Shown: positions 1-7,661 of the stretch, piece after piece
Position numbering within the stretch: the first letter of the stretch is position 1
Layout: each line of letters opens with the position of its first letter
Source of the DNA: a virus
Lineage: Duplodnaviria; Heunggongvirae; Uroviricota; Caudoviricetes
DNA: 12,392 nucleotides
Reading direction: 5' to 3' (one strand)
Virus record (IMG/VR): IMGVR_UViG_2579778982_000015
Position numbers and translations under genes: made by a program
Notes under the pieces: model-generated
Told to the model about the DNA's origin: nothing
Seen by the model: only the letters and a program-made list of their open reading frames with translations
Database searches by the model: none

Positions 1-929
1 TAAACCCGCGCGGCCTTCTCCACATCACCAAACGCACTTTTTTCGCCCGGCATCGCCCCCATCAGTTGCGGTGGAACACGGTGCGCAGCCAGCACATCAT
101 CACGGGATGCCGCCTTAACATTCATGAACTCATCTTTTGCGGTGATCTGCTGGAACGGCAAAATTTGCACCCCCTCTTTGCCCCCGTTGGGCGCATGGAT
201 GAGCACGTTTTTAAACGCACCACCACCACGCGCACCCTGTAACGTTTCTTTCAGGGAGTCCATGCTTTCGCGGTTTACCTGCGCTGCACCGATATAGATG
301 ATGCACCCGGCGTGGGATCCATTGTCGTAATACAGTTTTCTGAACATGTCCGCCGAATGAGACAGGCTGGCCGAGAGTAATGCGCCAAGATATTCCGGCA
401 TGCCGTAAATTTCCTGGTTAATGTCCGGATTCATCAGGTGGCACACTTTGCCAGGGCGAAACTGAAACGCATCCTTGCCATCCTGAACATACCACCATGA
501 TTCAAGATCGCTTCCGCGTCGCATGTATTTCGCCAGGGCGTGCCGTAATTTAAGCGGTTCGCCGAGCATATTGCTTCGAAGCTCAAGAAATGCGTTACCG
601 AACACAAACCAGTCCAGCGCCAGCGCCGAGAAATCCTGCCGGGAAAGCAGCGGGTGCGGAATATAGCAACCGAGCAATACATTGCGCTTAAAGTAAAGCG
701 CAGACTGATGCCAGGACGTTTGCCGGGCAGCTCTTGCCAGACCGTACCAGTCCACCGGGGTTTCATACCACCGCCCGTTATCAGCACAGTACATATTGTC
801 CAGCAAATCATGCCCGGTCAGGCGATAAGGACCATCAAATGTGAATGCACTGAGCGACGATTCTTTCCTGAGCGCATCAGCGAGATCAATGCGTGAACTC
901 ATGCGCACTTTTTTATTTTTTCTGCTCAT
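1..929 (-). CDS. Q: Portal protein (P2 gpQ-like), 3'-partial; start ATG at 929..927, C-terminus beyond window start
   Basis: Open minus-strand frame from ATG 929..927 to the window edge (about 309 codons). Translation MSRKNKKVRMSSRIDLADALRKESS ... MPGEKSAFGDVEKAARV reads as a P2-family portal/capsid-vertex protein. Start overlaps the terminase stop (TGATG). Not in the ORF track because it has no in-window stop. Confidence 0.85.
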   Translation of the reverse strand, partial: MSRKNKKVRMSSRIDLADALRKESSLSAFTFDGPYRLTGHDLLDNMYCADNGRWYETPVDWYGLARAARQTSWHQSALYFKRNVLLGCYIPHPLLSRQDFSALALDWFVFGNAFLELRSNMLGEPLKLRHALAKYMRRGSDLESWWYVQDGKDAFQFRPGKVCHLMNPDINQEIYGMPEYLGALLSASLSHSADMFRKLYYDNGSHAGCIIYIGAAQVNRESMDSLKETLQGARGGGAFKNVLIHAPNGGKEGVQILPFQQITAKDEFMNVKAASRDDVLAAHRVPPQLMGAMPGEKSAFGDVEKAARV

Positions 930-2680
930 CAGAACTCCATAACCGTAAAACGCTCGTTTTCCCCTTCGCCGCCAATTGGTTCGTTAATGACAGCAAGCAT
1001 GGTTGCCCACGCAAGGTCGCCGTGGCTGATCCCCCTCGCACGGTCCGTTTCGTAAGTGATAAAACCGCCCGGTGTTTTCACCTTACGCACGGCGTTAAAG
1101 GCCGCGACCAGCTCGCGTTCGGCGCGATCGTATTCCCACCGCCCGGCACGCATTATTTGCAGCATTTTCAGTACCAGCGACCGTTTTGATGACAGCGTGA
1201 AGGTGTACGGAATAGCAGCAGGGAAAAACCGTTTCACTATCTGATAAACAGCCTCCCCGTTCCCGCCCGTCACATCAATGCCGATGTGTTCCACGTTGTA
1301 GCGACACGTGAACTCTTCAATGACTCTGGCCTGTTCTTCAAACTCCAGCCCCTGAACGCGTCGCGTCTCCACCGTTCGAAAACGGCCACCAGGAACAGCC
1401 GGAGGAACCACCACGGACACAGCGCCGCTGTCGCCGTTGCCACTGCTGCCGTTTGCGTCATACCCAATCCATACCGGACGATTCCCCATCGGGCGGGGAG
1501 CAAAAGGTTTCCAGTCTTTCCAGTCGTCGTATCCGTCAACACCGCAGCCAATCAGGATATTCAGGTTAAATGCCGATTCCCCTTCGCGGACAAACTCACA
1601 CATATAGAGATTGCGGAACTCGTCTTCGGTGTTTTCATCACGAATTTCGTCAATATCGGTGTGTTTCCAGCCGTGATTAACCACATCTTCCAGCGTGACA
1701 ATTTGCCGCCACGTCCGGTCAGGGCAGATAAGCCCGTTATGCAGCGTTTTCCAGTCCACAGAAAAACGCTGGCGTTTATGCGTGGCCTTTTTCTCGTTCC
1801 AGCGGTCGCCGTTCCAGTAGGCGTATGCCTCGTGCGTTTCGGTGGATGGCGTGGAGAAGTAGGTGCGCCGCAGTCCGCTGAGGGTTGCCATAGCGCCAGC
1901 CACCTTGCGCAGTTCAGCAAAGCGACTGACCCAGAAAAATTCATCAAAATAAAAATTGCCCGTATAGGACTGTGCCGACGCAGCAGAAGTGCCGAGAAAA
2001 TGCAGCTCTGCACCGTTGGAGAGGATGATTTTATCGCCCCCTTTCAGCTCCACATCAACTTCAGCCGCGGCCTTCTGAATAATGCTTTTGAACTGGAACG
2101 CCTGACGACGCGACGCAGACAAAAAAATCTGGTTACGCTGGTAAGGTTGCGCCACATCGTCACGCAGCGCCATCAGCAGAGCTTCCTGTGCAAAATACCA
2201 GGTCGCCCCAATCTGTCGGGATTTCAGGATCATCCTGTTACGTATCCCGGCTTCCTTGCAAAGTGTCAGGGAGTCAAACCAGCCCCGCTGATGCCACTCC
2301 AGCCTGCTGATGATTTTTTCCCGCAGTGCGGCAATCTGTTCCGGCGTGAAATGATTTTTGAGTTTTTTCGCCCGGCCTTTCTTTCCTGCGGCCATCACAT
2401 CCGGCTGGCCATCATGCAGCTTTTTAAGCTGCCGGGTCAGCAGGTCTATTTCCTTAAAGTCACCGCCTGTTTTATTCTGTTTTTCAGTAAGCTGGATGAG
2501 GCGCGCATCGATGGACTGCGTGACACGCTGCACGGGTGGCGTTTCATCCCACTGGTCGCGTTTTTTCCACGCATAAACCGTGTTCGGGTTTATTCCCATC
2601 AGACGTGATATTTCTGCGGGCGGATAACCCTGCCAGTAAAGTTGCCGCGCACGCTGGCGCACAAAAGCGTCCTGAATCAT
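929..2680 (-). CDS. P: Terminase large (ATPase/nuclease) subunit, P2 gpP-like
   Basis: 583-aa ORF. N-terminal HTH-like GYPPAEISRLMGINPNTVYAWKKR, ATPase region ILKSRQIGATWYFA, C-terminal nuclease-like region. Size and position upstream of Q match P2 gpP (about 590 aa). SD-like GGGGGAG sits upstream of the ATG on the minus strand. Confidence 0.92.
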   Translation of the reverse strand: MIQDAFVRQRARQLYWQGYPPAEISRLMGINPNTVYAWKKRDQWDETPPVQRVTQSIDARLIQLTEKQNKTGGDFKEIDLLTRQLKKLHDGQPDVMAAGKKGRAKKLKNHFTPEQIAALREKIISRLEWHQRGWFDSLTLCKEAGIRNRMILKSRQIGATWYFAQEALLMALRDDVAQPYQRNQIFLSASRRQAFQFKSIIQKAAAEVDVELKGGDKIILSNGAELHFLGTSAASAQSYTGNFYFDEFFWVSRFAELRKVAGAMATLSGLRRTYFSTPSTETHEAYAYWNGDRWNEKKATHKRQRFSVDWKTLHNGLICPDRTWRQIVTLEDVVNHGWKHTDIDEIRDENTEDEFRNLYMCEFVREGESAFNLNILIGCGVDGYDDWKDWKPFAPRPMGNRPVWIGYDANGSSGNGDSGAVSVVVPPAVPGGRFRTVETRRVQGLEFEEQARVIEEFTCRYNVEHIGIDVTGGNGEAVYQIVKRFFPAAIPYTFTLSSKRSLVLKMLQIMRAGRWEYDRAERELVAAFNAVRKVKTPGGFITYETDRARGISHGDLAWATMLAVINEPIGGEGENERFTVMEF

Positions 2681-2834
2681 TGCTCCCCCTGAGTAATTAC
2701 AGGAAGATTACCCGCGCGCGAAACCGTTCTCCTTAACCCCCTGTTCTGGCCGTTTTCTTACAACAAAAGCCCTTTGTATCAGCCTGTTACGCTTTGCCAT
2801 CATGACTGAAGAACCAGTCAGAGGGGCAAAAACT
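2681..2834. promoter_or_regulatory. Divergent late-promoter region between P (leftward) and O (rightward); candidate activator dyad TGT-N15-ACA at 2742..2762
   Basis: 154-bp non-coding gap between divergent operons, which is where P2-family Ogr-dependent late promoters lie. Imperfect dyad TGTtctggccgttttcttACA at 2742..2762; minus-strand -10-like TAATCT at 2706..2711. Spacer is 15 nt, not the canonical 12, so the assignment is tentative. Confidence 0.4.
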
Positions 2835-3671
2835 ATGGCTAATGAAAAAAAGACATCCCGCAAAAAGTTTCGCGTGGCTGTCTCCGGATCAACTGTTGAT
2901 GGCCGCGAAATCAGCCCGGTACATCTGCGTGAAGCCGCCGAGAACTTCAACCCGGATGTTTACGCTGCCCGCGTGAACGTTGAGCACTATCTCTCGCCAT
3001 GCCCGTCAAGCGAATTTTCCGCAATGGGCGATGTCACCGCACTGAGTACGGAAGATATTACGGAAGGCCCGCTGGCCGGACGTACTGCGCTGTATGCAGA
3101 AATCGAACCGACCGAGCGCATGAAGCAGCTTGTCGCTGACGGCAAGAAAATCTATTCCAGTATCGAACTGCACCCGCAGTTCTCCGTTAACGGGCGCGCC
3201 TATCTGGTCGGGCTGGCGATGACCGACACCCCGGCAAGCCTGGGCACTGAGCGCCTGAAATTCACGGCACAGCAACGTCAGGCGGTGATGACGTTCAACA
3301 GTATCCAGGGTGAAGCACCGCTTATCTCCGAAGCCATCGAGTCTGAAATCATCGAAATGGCAGAACAACGCCAGGAAGAAGGCACCCAGTGGTTTAACCG
3401 CGTAATGGGGATTATTGGTCGTGGCCGCAAAGCGGATGACGCCAGTTTTTCCCGTATTCAGGAAGCGGTGGAAGGCGTCGCAACGTCACAGGCCGACATT
3501 ATCGACCGTTTTAATGTGCTGGAAACCCGCCATCAGCAGGACCGCCAGAAAATCACGTCACTGACCACAGAGCTGACAGCACTGAAGGAAAAACTGCGCA
3601 CGCAGGACGGCGATCCGCAGAACCGGTTCACCGCAACGGGCGCAGCCTCCGAGCAGCTGGCTGACTTCTGA
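2835..3671 (+). CDS. O: Capsid scaffolding protein (P2 gpO-like)
   Basis: Translation MANEKKTSRKKFRVAVSGSTVDGREISPVHLREAAENFNP ... has P2 gpO-like N-terminus and length (278 aa from ATG 2835). SD AGAGGGG at 2820..2826. The track ORF begins at 2802, but that ATG has no SD. Double stop TGATAA. Confidence 0.85.
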   Translation: MANEKKTSRKKFRVAVSGSTVDGREISPVHLREAAENFNPDVYAARVNVEHYLSPCPSSEFSAMGDVTALSTEDITEGPLAGRTALYAEIEPTERMKQLVADGKKIYSSIELHPQFSVNGRAYLVGLAMTDTPASLGTERLKFTAQQRQAVMTFNSIQGEAPLISEAIESEIIEMAEQRQEEGTQWFNRVMGIIGRGRKADDASFSRIQEAVEGVATSQADIIDRFNVLETRHQQDRQKITSLTTELTALKEKLRTQDGDPQNRFTATGAASEQLADF

Positions 3672-3694
3672 TAAGACAAAGGAGCAAATTTTTT

Positions 3695-4747
3695 ATGAAT
3701 CTGGTGATGTCAGATATTACCCGCAACAAGCTGGGTTGCTATATGGCGCAGCAGGCGTCGCTTAACAATATCCCGGTTTCCGCACTGGTATCGCGATTTA
3801 CCGTGGAACCCTCGGTACAGCAGCGTTTTGAAAACGCCTCAAAGGAAAGCACCGAATTTACAAAAAGAATTAACGTGATCGGCGTGACCGACCAGAAAGG
3901 CGAAAAAATCCTCCTGGATACCACCGGGCCGATTGCGCGCACGAATACCAGTTATGACGGCACAAAACGCCGTAACCCGAATAATGTGGTTGATCTGAAA
4001 AACCGCAAATACCAGTGCGAACAGGTGAACTACGACACGTTTATTTCATATCCGCAGCTTGATGCCTGGGCGGCACACCCTGATTTTCAGTCCCACATCA
4101 GCGCACAGATTGCCCGACAGGTGGCACTTGACCGCATCATGATCGGTTTCAACGGCACGTCTCACGCGGATGAGTCCAACTTCAGCACCAACAAGTTGCT
4201 TCAGGACGTTAACGTGGGGTGGCTGGAGCACATCAGAACCGACGCCAGCGAACGCGTTATGAATGACGTGACGCTGACCTCCCGTAACATGGACAACACC
4301 GTGGCGCACGCGGGTAAGTATGCGAACGCTGATGCACTGGTACAGGACGCGCGCTCATCCCTGCTGGATGAATGGCACAAGGAAGCTGACGACCTCGTGG
4401 TGATTATGGGGCGCAACCTGTTTAACTCGCTGCGTCTGCCCGTGCTGAACAGCATCAGCGGCCAGAATCCTAATGCGGAATTACTCGCCGGGCAGCTCAT
4501 TCTGTCATCGCGCACCATTGGCGGGCTGGGCGTGTTCCTTGCGCCGTTCTTCCCGGATGCAACGATGCTGATCACCTCGTTCAACAACCTGTCGATTTAC
4601 TGGCAGAAAGGTTCAATGCGTCGTCTGATGAAAGACGAACCGGAATACAACCGCATCGCCACCTACCAGTCCATCAATGACGCTTATGTCGTTGAAGACT
4701 ATGGCAAGTGCGCGATGGTCACTGGCCTGAAGTTCGCCGACAGCTAA
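3695..4747 (+). CDS. N: Major capsid protein (P2 gpN-like)
   Basis: 350-aa ORF with strong SD AAAGGAG 10 nt upstream; size and position match P2 gpN (357 aa); follows the scaffold gene. Confidence 0.92.
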   Translation: MNLVMSDITRNKLGCYMAQQASLNNIPVSALVSRFTVEPSVQQRFENASKESTEFTKRINVIGVTDQKGEKILLDTTGPIARTNTSYDGTKRRNPNNVVDLKNRKYQCEQVNYDTFISYPQLDAWAAHPDFQSHISAQIARQVALDRIMIGFNGTSHADESNFSTNKLLQDVNVGWLEHIRTDASERVMNDVTLTSRNMDNTVAHAGKYANADALVQDARSSLLDEWHKEADDLVVIMGRNLFNSLRLPVLNSISGQNPNAELLAGQLILSSRTIGGLGVFLAPFFPDATMLITSFNNLSIYWQKGSMRRLMKDEPEYNRIATYQSINDAYVVEDYGKCAMVTGLKFADS

Positions 4748-4756
4748 TCAACTCAC

Positions 4757-4775
4757 GGCGGGCATCATGCCCGCC
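4757..4775 (+). other. Perfect hairpin immediately downstream of capsid gene N (stem GGCGGGCAT / ATGCCCGCC)
   Basis: Inverted repeat ggcgggcat-c-atgcccgcc, 10 nt after the N stop codon. No U-tract follows, so more likely an attenuator or mRNA 3'-stabilising structure than a full intrinsic terminator. Confidence 0.4.
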
Positions 4776-4792
4776 TGTAACGGAGAGAAAAA

Positions 4793-5593
4793 ATGATTAC
4801 TCCTGCACAGCAACACTGGCAGAACGTGATGGCACAGCGCGCAGGCCGGGCGAATGAAGGCGTGGACCATGCCGCGCGTACCGCGCATGAAGAGGTGCTG
4901 TATCGTCTGCGTCTGGCACAGGCCCGGCTTAAGGGCGTACAGGCCAGAAGCGCGAAAGCCGCCATCAAAAAAGAGTTGTTGCCGGATTTTTCCGGCTGGA
5001 TTGAGGGAACGCTGGAGGCTGACGGCGGGCAGCAGGATGAAGTGATTGCCACGCTGATGGTGTGGGCGATTGACTGTGGCGATCTTCCGCTTGCGCTGCG
5101 TATCGGCGCGTATGTGGTCCATCACAACCTCATCATGCCGGATAACTTTGGCCGTACTGCTGCCACGGTACTGACCGAAGAAATCTGTAATCCGGTACTG
5201 ACGCAGGCCGGGACGGATGCCGACGCGGATTTGTCCGCCTTTATCGAACCACTGGACACCCTCCGGGAGATTGTCACCGACCAGGACATGCCGGACGAAG
5301 TGCGCGCCAAATTATGCAAAGCGTGCGCCTTTGCCCGCCGTGGCCTGACCGATGCGGACAGCATGGCCTCATCACTGAAGCTGCTGCGCGAAGCGATGCA
5401 CCTGAACCCGAACGCAGGTGTGAAACGCGAGATTGCAACCCTTTCCCGCGCCCTGAAAAAAGCCGATTCCGCAGCCGCACCAGAAGATGCCAGCACACCG
5501 CAGGCGCAGGACGAAAGCAGCAAAAGTAAAAAGACAACGCGGAAGCCTGCAACACGAAAAACCACCGCGACGCAGAAGGCGAAGCGCGGTTAA
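4793..5593 (+). CDS. M: Terminase small (endonuclease) subunit (P2 gpM-like)
   Basis: 266-aa ORF, SD GGAGAG upstream. N-terminal region MITPAQQHWQNVMAQRAG ... KKELLPDFSGWIEG resembles P2 gpM. Ends in a Lys/Thr-rich basic tail. Confidence 0.85.
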   Translation: MITPAQQHWQNVMAQRAGRANEGVDHAARTAHEEVLYRLRLAQARLKGVQARSAKAAIKKELLPDFSGWIEGTLEADGGQQDEVIATLMVWAIDCGDLPLALRIGAYVVHHNLIMPDNFGRTAATVLTEEICNPVLTQAGTDADADLSAFIEPLDTLREIVTDQDMPDEVRAKLCKACAFARRGLTDADSMASSLKLLREAMHLNPNAGVKREIATLSRALKKADSAAAPEDASTPQAQDESSKSKKTTRKPATRKTTATQKAKRG

Positions 5594-5609
5594 CGACTGA
5601 CCCCGTCAG

Positions 5610-5682
5610 CGGGCGGCGTGCGCGGTGTTCCGGTTTGACTCCGTGACCGTTTACACCGAGCACCCACCGCCCGATTTTTTTC
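5610..5682 (+). terminator. Candidate structured element / intrinsic terminator in M-L intergenic region (nested inverted repeats followed by T7 run)
   Basis: Outer stem cgggcgg (5610..5616) with ccgcccg (5667..5673); inner stem cggtgt (5623..5628) with acaccg (5653..5658); TTTTTTT at 5675..5681, just before the SD/ATG of L. Confidence 0.3.
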
Positions 5683-5696
5683 AGGAGTGAACCCCC

Positions 5697-6191
5697 ATGA
5701 GTATGGTTGCCAGAACTGAACCAAGACCCGCAGAGGACGACATCACCGATACCGATGATGGTGATACCCGTATTTCAGCGGGTGCATTCTGGCCGGATAT
5801 TGTGCTGCGTGAGCTGCGTCTGGCGATACGACTGCCGGGCCGTGTGACCACCTCCCGCCTGCTGCATACCGCCACCGGGGCAGTGGCACACGTTACCCGC
5901 GAGCTGGAAGCGTGGCAGCAGGAACAGCAGGCGGCTGGCCATCTGACGCTGGCCGATGTTCCGGCACCCGTAATTAACGGAGAAAGCGTCAATCTCTGGC
6001 ACTGGCGCAATGCTGTTTATACCGCCACACGCGCCCTGATTCTGGAGCGTTACCGCGATGTGGACACAACGGACAAGGGCGACCGCAGGGCGGACGCACT
6101 GGATATACAGACATCGGATTTGTGGCGTGATGTGAGCTGGGCCATCTCTGACATTCTGTGCCGCCCGCGAATCTTTGCGGAGTTGTGCTGA
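5697..6191 (+). CDS. L: Head completion / capsid stabilisation protein (P2 gpL-like)
   Basis: 164-aa ORF, SD CAGGAG upstream; size and position match P2 gpL (169 aa); stop overlaps the X start (TGATG). Confidence 0.85.
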   Translation: MSMVARTEPRPAEDDITDTDDGDTRISAGAFWPDIVLRELRLAIRLPGRVTTSRLLHTATGAVAHVTRELEAWQQEQQAAGHLTLADVPAPVINGESVNLWHWRNAVYTATRALILERYRDVDTTDKGDRRADALDIQTSDLWRDVSWAISDILCRPRIFAELC

Positions 6192-6391
6192 TGAAAGTAA
6201 AGGCACTGGAAGGCGACACCGTGGATTCGCTCTGTTTCCGGTACTACGGCACGACGCAGGGCGTCACCGAAAAGGTGCTGGATGCCAACCCCGGACTCTG
6301 CCAGCAGGTATTTCTGGACGCCGGGCAGGACGTGGAGATGCCAGAGCCGGAGAAGAAGAAACGAGAAATGATTCAGTTGTGGGGGGAGTAG
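6191..6391 (+). CDS. X: Tail protein X (P2 gpX-like, LysM-like)
   Basis: ATG at 6191 overlapping the L stop. 66-aa product MKVKALEGDTVDSLCFRYYGTTQGVTEKVLDANPGL ... LWGE matches the P2 gpX pattern (67 aa). The track's longer frame from 6158 overlaps L and is unlikely. Confidence 0.8.
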   Translation: MKVKALEGDTVDSLCFRYYGTTQGVTEKVLDANPGLCQQVFLDAGQDVEMPEPEKKKREMIQLWGE

Positions 6392-6393
6392 CA

Positions 6394-6717
6394 GTGAGCA
6401 CCATTCAAACAGGGATCACAGAGCAGGTTATTGCGTGGCTCTTTGACCACCTGCCAACGGTGTATGCAGTAGGCGCGGCGGTCAGCATTTCCGCGCTGAT
6501 GAGTCTTTATGACGGACGAACACTGGTTCAGACCGTAACGGGATCGCTGGCGTGCGGCGTTCTTGCCATGGCCGTGGCCGGGTCGTTGCGCTTCTTCGGG
6601 CTTCCTGAAGATGCCGTGACGTTTATCGGCGCATCAATCGGTTTTATGGGGGCAGAGAAAGCACGCGACAAGGTTATTGCGGCCTTTAATCGCAGGGTGA
6701 AGGAGAAGGACGAATGA
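6394..6717 (+). CDS. Putative holin (three predicted TM segments, charged C-terminus)
   Basis: GTG start at 6394 preceded by GGGGGGAG. 107 aa with three hydrophobic stretches (VYAVGAAVSISALM, TVTGSLACGVLAMAVAGSL, VTFIGASIGFMGA) and a basic/acidic tail (EKARDK ... RRVKEKDE). Sits in the P2 gene Y position just before the endolysin. Start codon choice is uncertain. Confidence 0.65.
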   Translation: MSTIQTGITEQVIAWLFDHLPTVYAVGAAVSISALMSLYDGRTLVQTVTGSLACGVLAMAVAGSLRFFGLPEDAVTFIGASIGFMGAEKARDKVIAAFNRRVKEKDE

Positions 6718-7106
6718 GCAACACATTTAAATTCAGTAGCCGGAGCGAAAAGAATTTGCAGGGCGTAAACCCTGATCTGGTGAAAGTGACCCGACGGGCA
6801 CTGGAAATTTCGGAAGTGGATTTTGGTATCACCGAAGGGTTGCGCAGCCGTTACCGCCAGAAGCAACTTGTGGCCACAGGTAAGAGCCAGACCATGAACA
6901 GCCGCCACCTTACGGGGCATGCCGTGGATGTTGTGGCTTATATCGGCAGCCAGGTGTCATGGGAATGGCCGCTGTACGAAAAAATCGCAGCAGCATTCAG
7001 ACAGGCCAGCCGGGAACTGAATATTCCGGTGGAATGGGGCGGCGACTGGAAGACCCTGAAAGACGGACCGCATTTTCAGTTACCACACGGAGCCTATCCG
7101 GCATGA
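6714..7106 (+). CDS. Endolysin, peptidase M15-type L-alanyl-D-glutamate endopeptidase (T5 Lys-like)
   Basis: 130 aa. MSNTFKFSSRSEKNLQGVNPDLVKVTRRALEIS ... SRHLTGHAVDV ... PHFQLPHG closely resembles T5-type M15 endolysins, including an H-x6-D motif and a C-terminal His (Zn ligands). ATGA overlap with the holin stop. Confidence 0.85.
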   Translation: MSNTFKFSSRSEKNLQGVNPDLVKVTRRALEISEVDFGITEGLRSRYRQKQLVATGKSQTMNSRHLTGHAVDVVAYIGSQVSWEWPLYEKIAAAFRQASRELNIPVEWGGDWKTLKDGPHFQLPHGAYPA

Positions 7107-7510
7107 AGCTCTGGCCCACGCTGGGCGTCGCTTTCCTTCTGATTGCCGCATGGGGAACATCCATGCGTCTGTCGTGGTCGCTGGGCCGGGAGAACGCCAG
7201 AAACGAAGCGCAGGCCAGCACCCTGAAAAGTACCGCCGACACCCTGAATATCATCAGCACCGGGGTACAGGATATGCAGCAGGTGCTGGCGCAACTCCGC
7301 GTGGAAAATCAACAACGAAATCAGGACGGAGAGGCAAGACGTGAACAGCTACGCAACGATATTGCAAAAGATGAATGCGCCCACGCTTTGCCTGACGCTC
7401 GTTTTACTGACAGGCTGCGCAGGCACGCAGAACGCGCCACGGCCAGCGCCGTCAGTCCGGCTTATACCGCAGACGCTGACCATACCGGTAACGCCTCCCC
7501 CCTTCCCTGA
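7103..7510 (+). CDS. Rz-like inner-membrane spanin (LysB-like)
   Basis: ATG 7103 overlaps the endolysin stop. N-terminal TM segment LGVAFLLIAAWG followed by a Gln/Arg/Glu-rich coiled-coil-like region; position matches lysB/Rz. Confidence 0.7.
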   Translation: MKLWPTLGVAFLLIAAWGTSMRLSWSLGRENARNEAQASTLKSTADTLNIISTGVQDMQQVLAQLRVENQQRNQDGEARREQLRNDIAKDECAHALPDARFTDRLRRHAERATASAVSPAYTADADHTGNASPLP

Positions 7511-7661
7511 CACTCCCACATGGGGAAATCTCGGTATATGGGGCGACCGCCTTCTGGATGCACTGGAAACCTGTAACGCGGATAAACGGGCCATTGAATT
7601 ACTGGAACAGCGCAGGCTGCAACGACTGAACAACGAGGACAACAACCATGCTGAAAACTGA
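7341..7661 (+). CDS. Rz1-like outer-membrane lipoprotein spanin (LysC-like), starting inside the Rz gene in another frame
   Basis: Lipobox LLTGC after a hydrophobic signal (MNSYATILQKMNAPTLCLTLVLLTGC), then a proline-rich segment (PRPAPSVRLIPQTLTIPVTPPPFPDTP). Overlaps the 3' end of Rz in a different frame and extends beyond it. Start may be ATG 7341 or ATG 7371. Confidence 0.7.
   Translation: MNSYATILQKMNAPTLCLTLVLLTGCAGTQNAPRPAPSVRLIPQTLTIPVTPPPFPDTPTWGNLGIWGDRLLDALETCNADKRAIELLEQRRLQRLNNEDNNHAEN

Noticed and set aside
434-811. 125-aa minus-strand ORF from the track
   Set aside because: It is an alternative frame inside the portal gene; the frame that starts at 929 and runs to the window edge gives the portal-like translation.
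905-921. T-rich run (ttttttattttttct) that could look like a terminator tail or an AT-rich insertion boundary
   Set aside because: On the minus strand it encodes the Lys-rich N-terminus of the portal protein (MSRKNKKVR) immediately after the P/Q overlap, and there is no upstream hairpin.
1286-2608. 440-aa plus-strand ORF
   Set aside because: Lies entirely antisense to the well-supported large terminase gene. The translation is low-complexity and Arg/Pro-rich with no recognisable motifs, which is typical of a shadow ORF in GC-rich coding DNA.
5122-6206. Minus-strand ORFs (5122..5565, 5274..5663, 5681..6010, 5775..6206) opposite the M and L genes
   Set aside because: Antisense to genes with clear ribosome-binding sites and P2-like products; Cys/Arg/Ser-rich translations with no start context; judged spurious.
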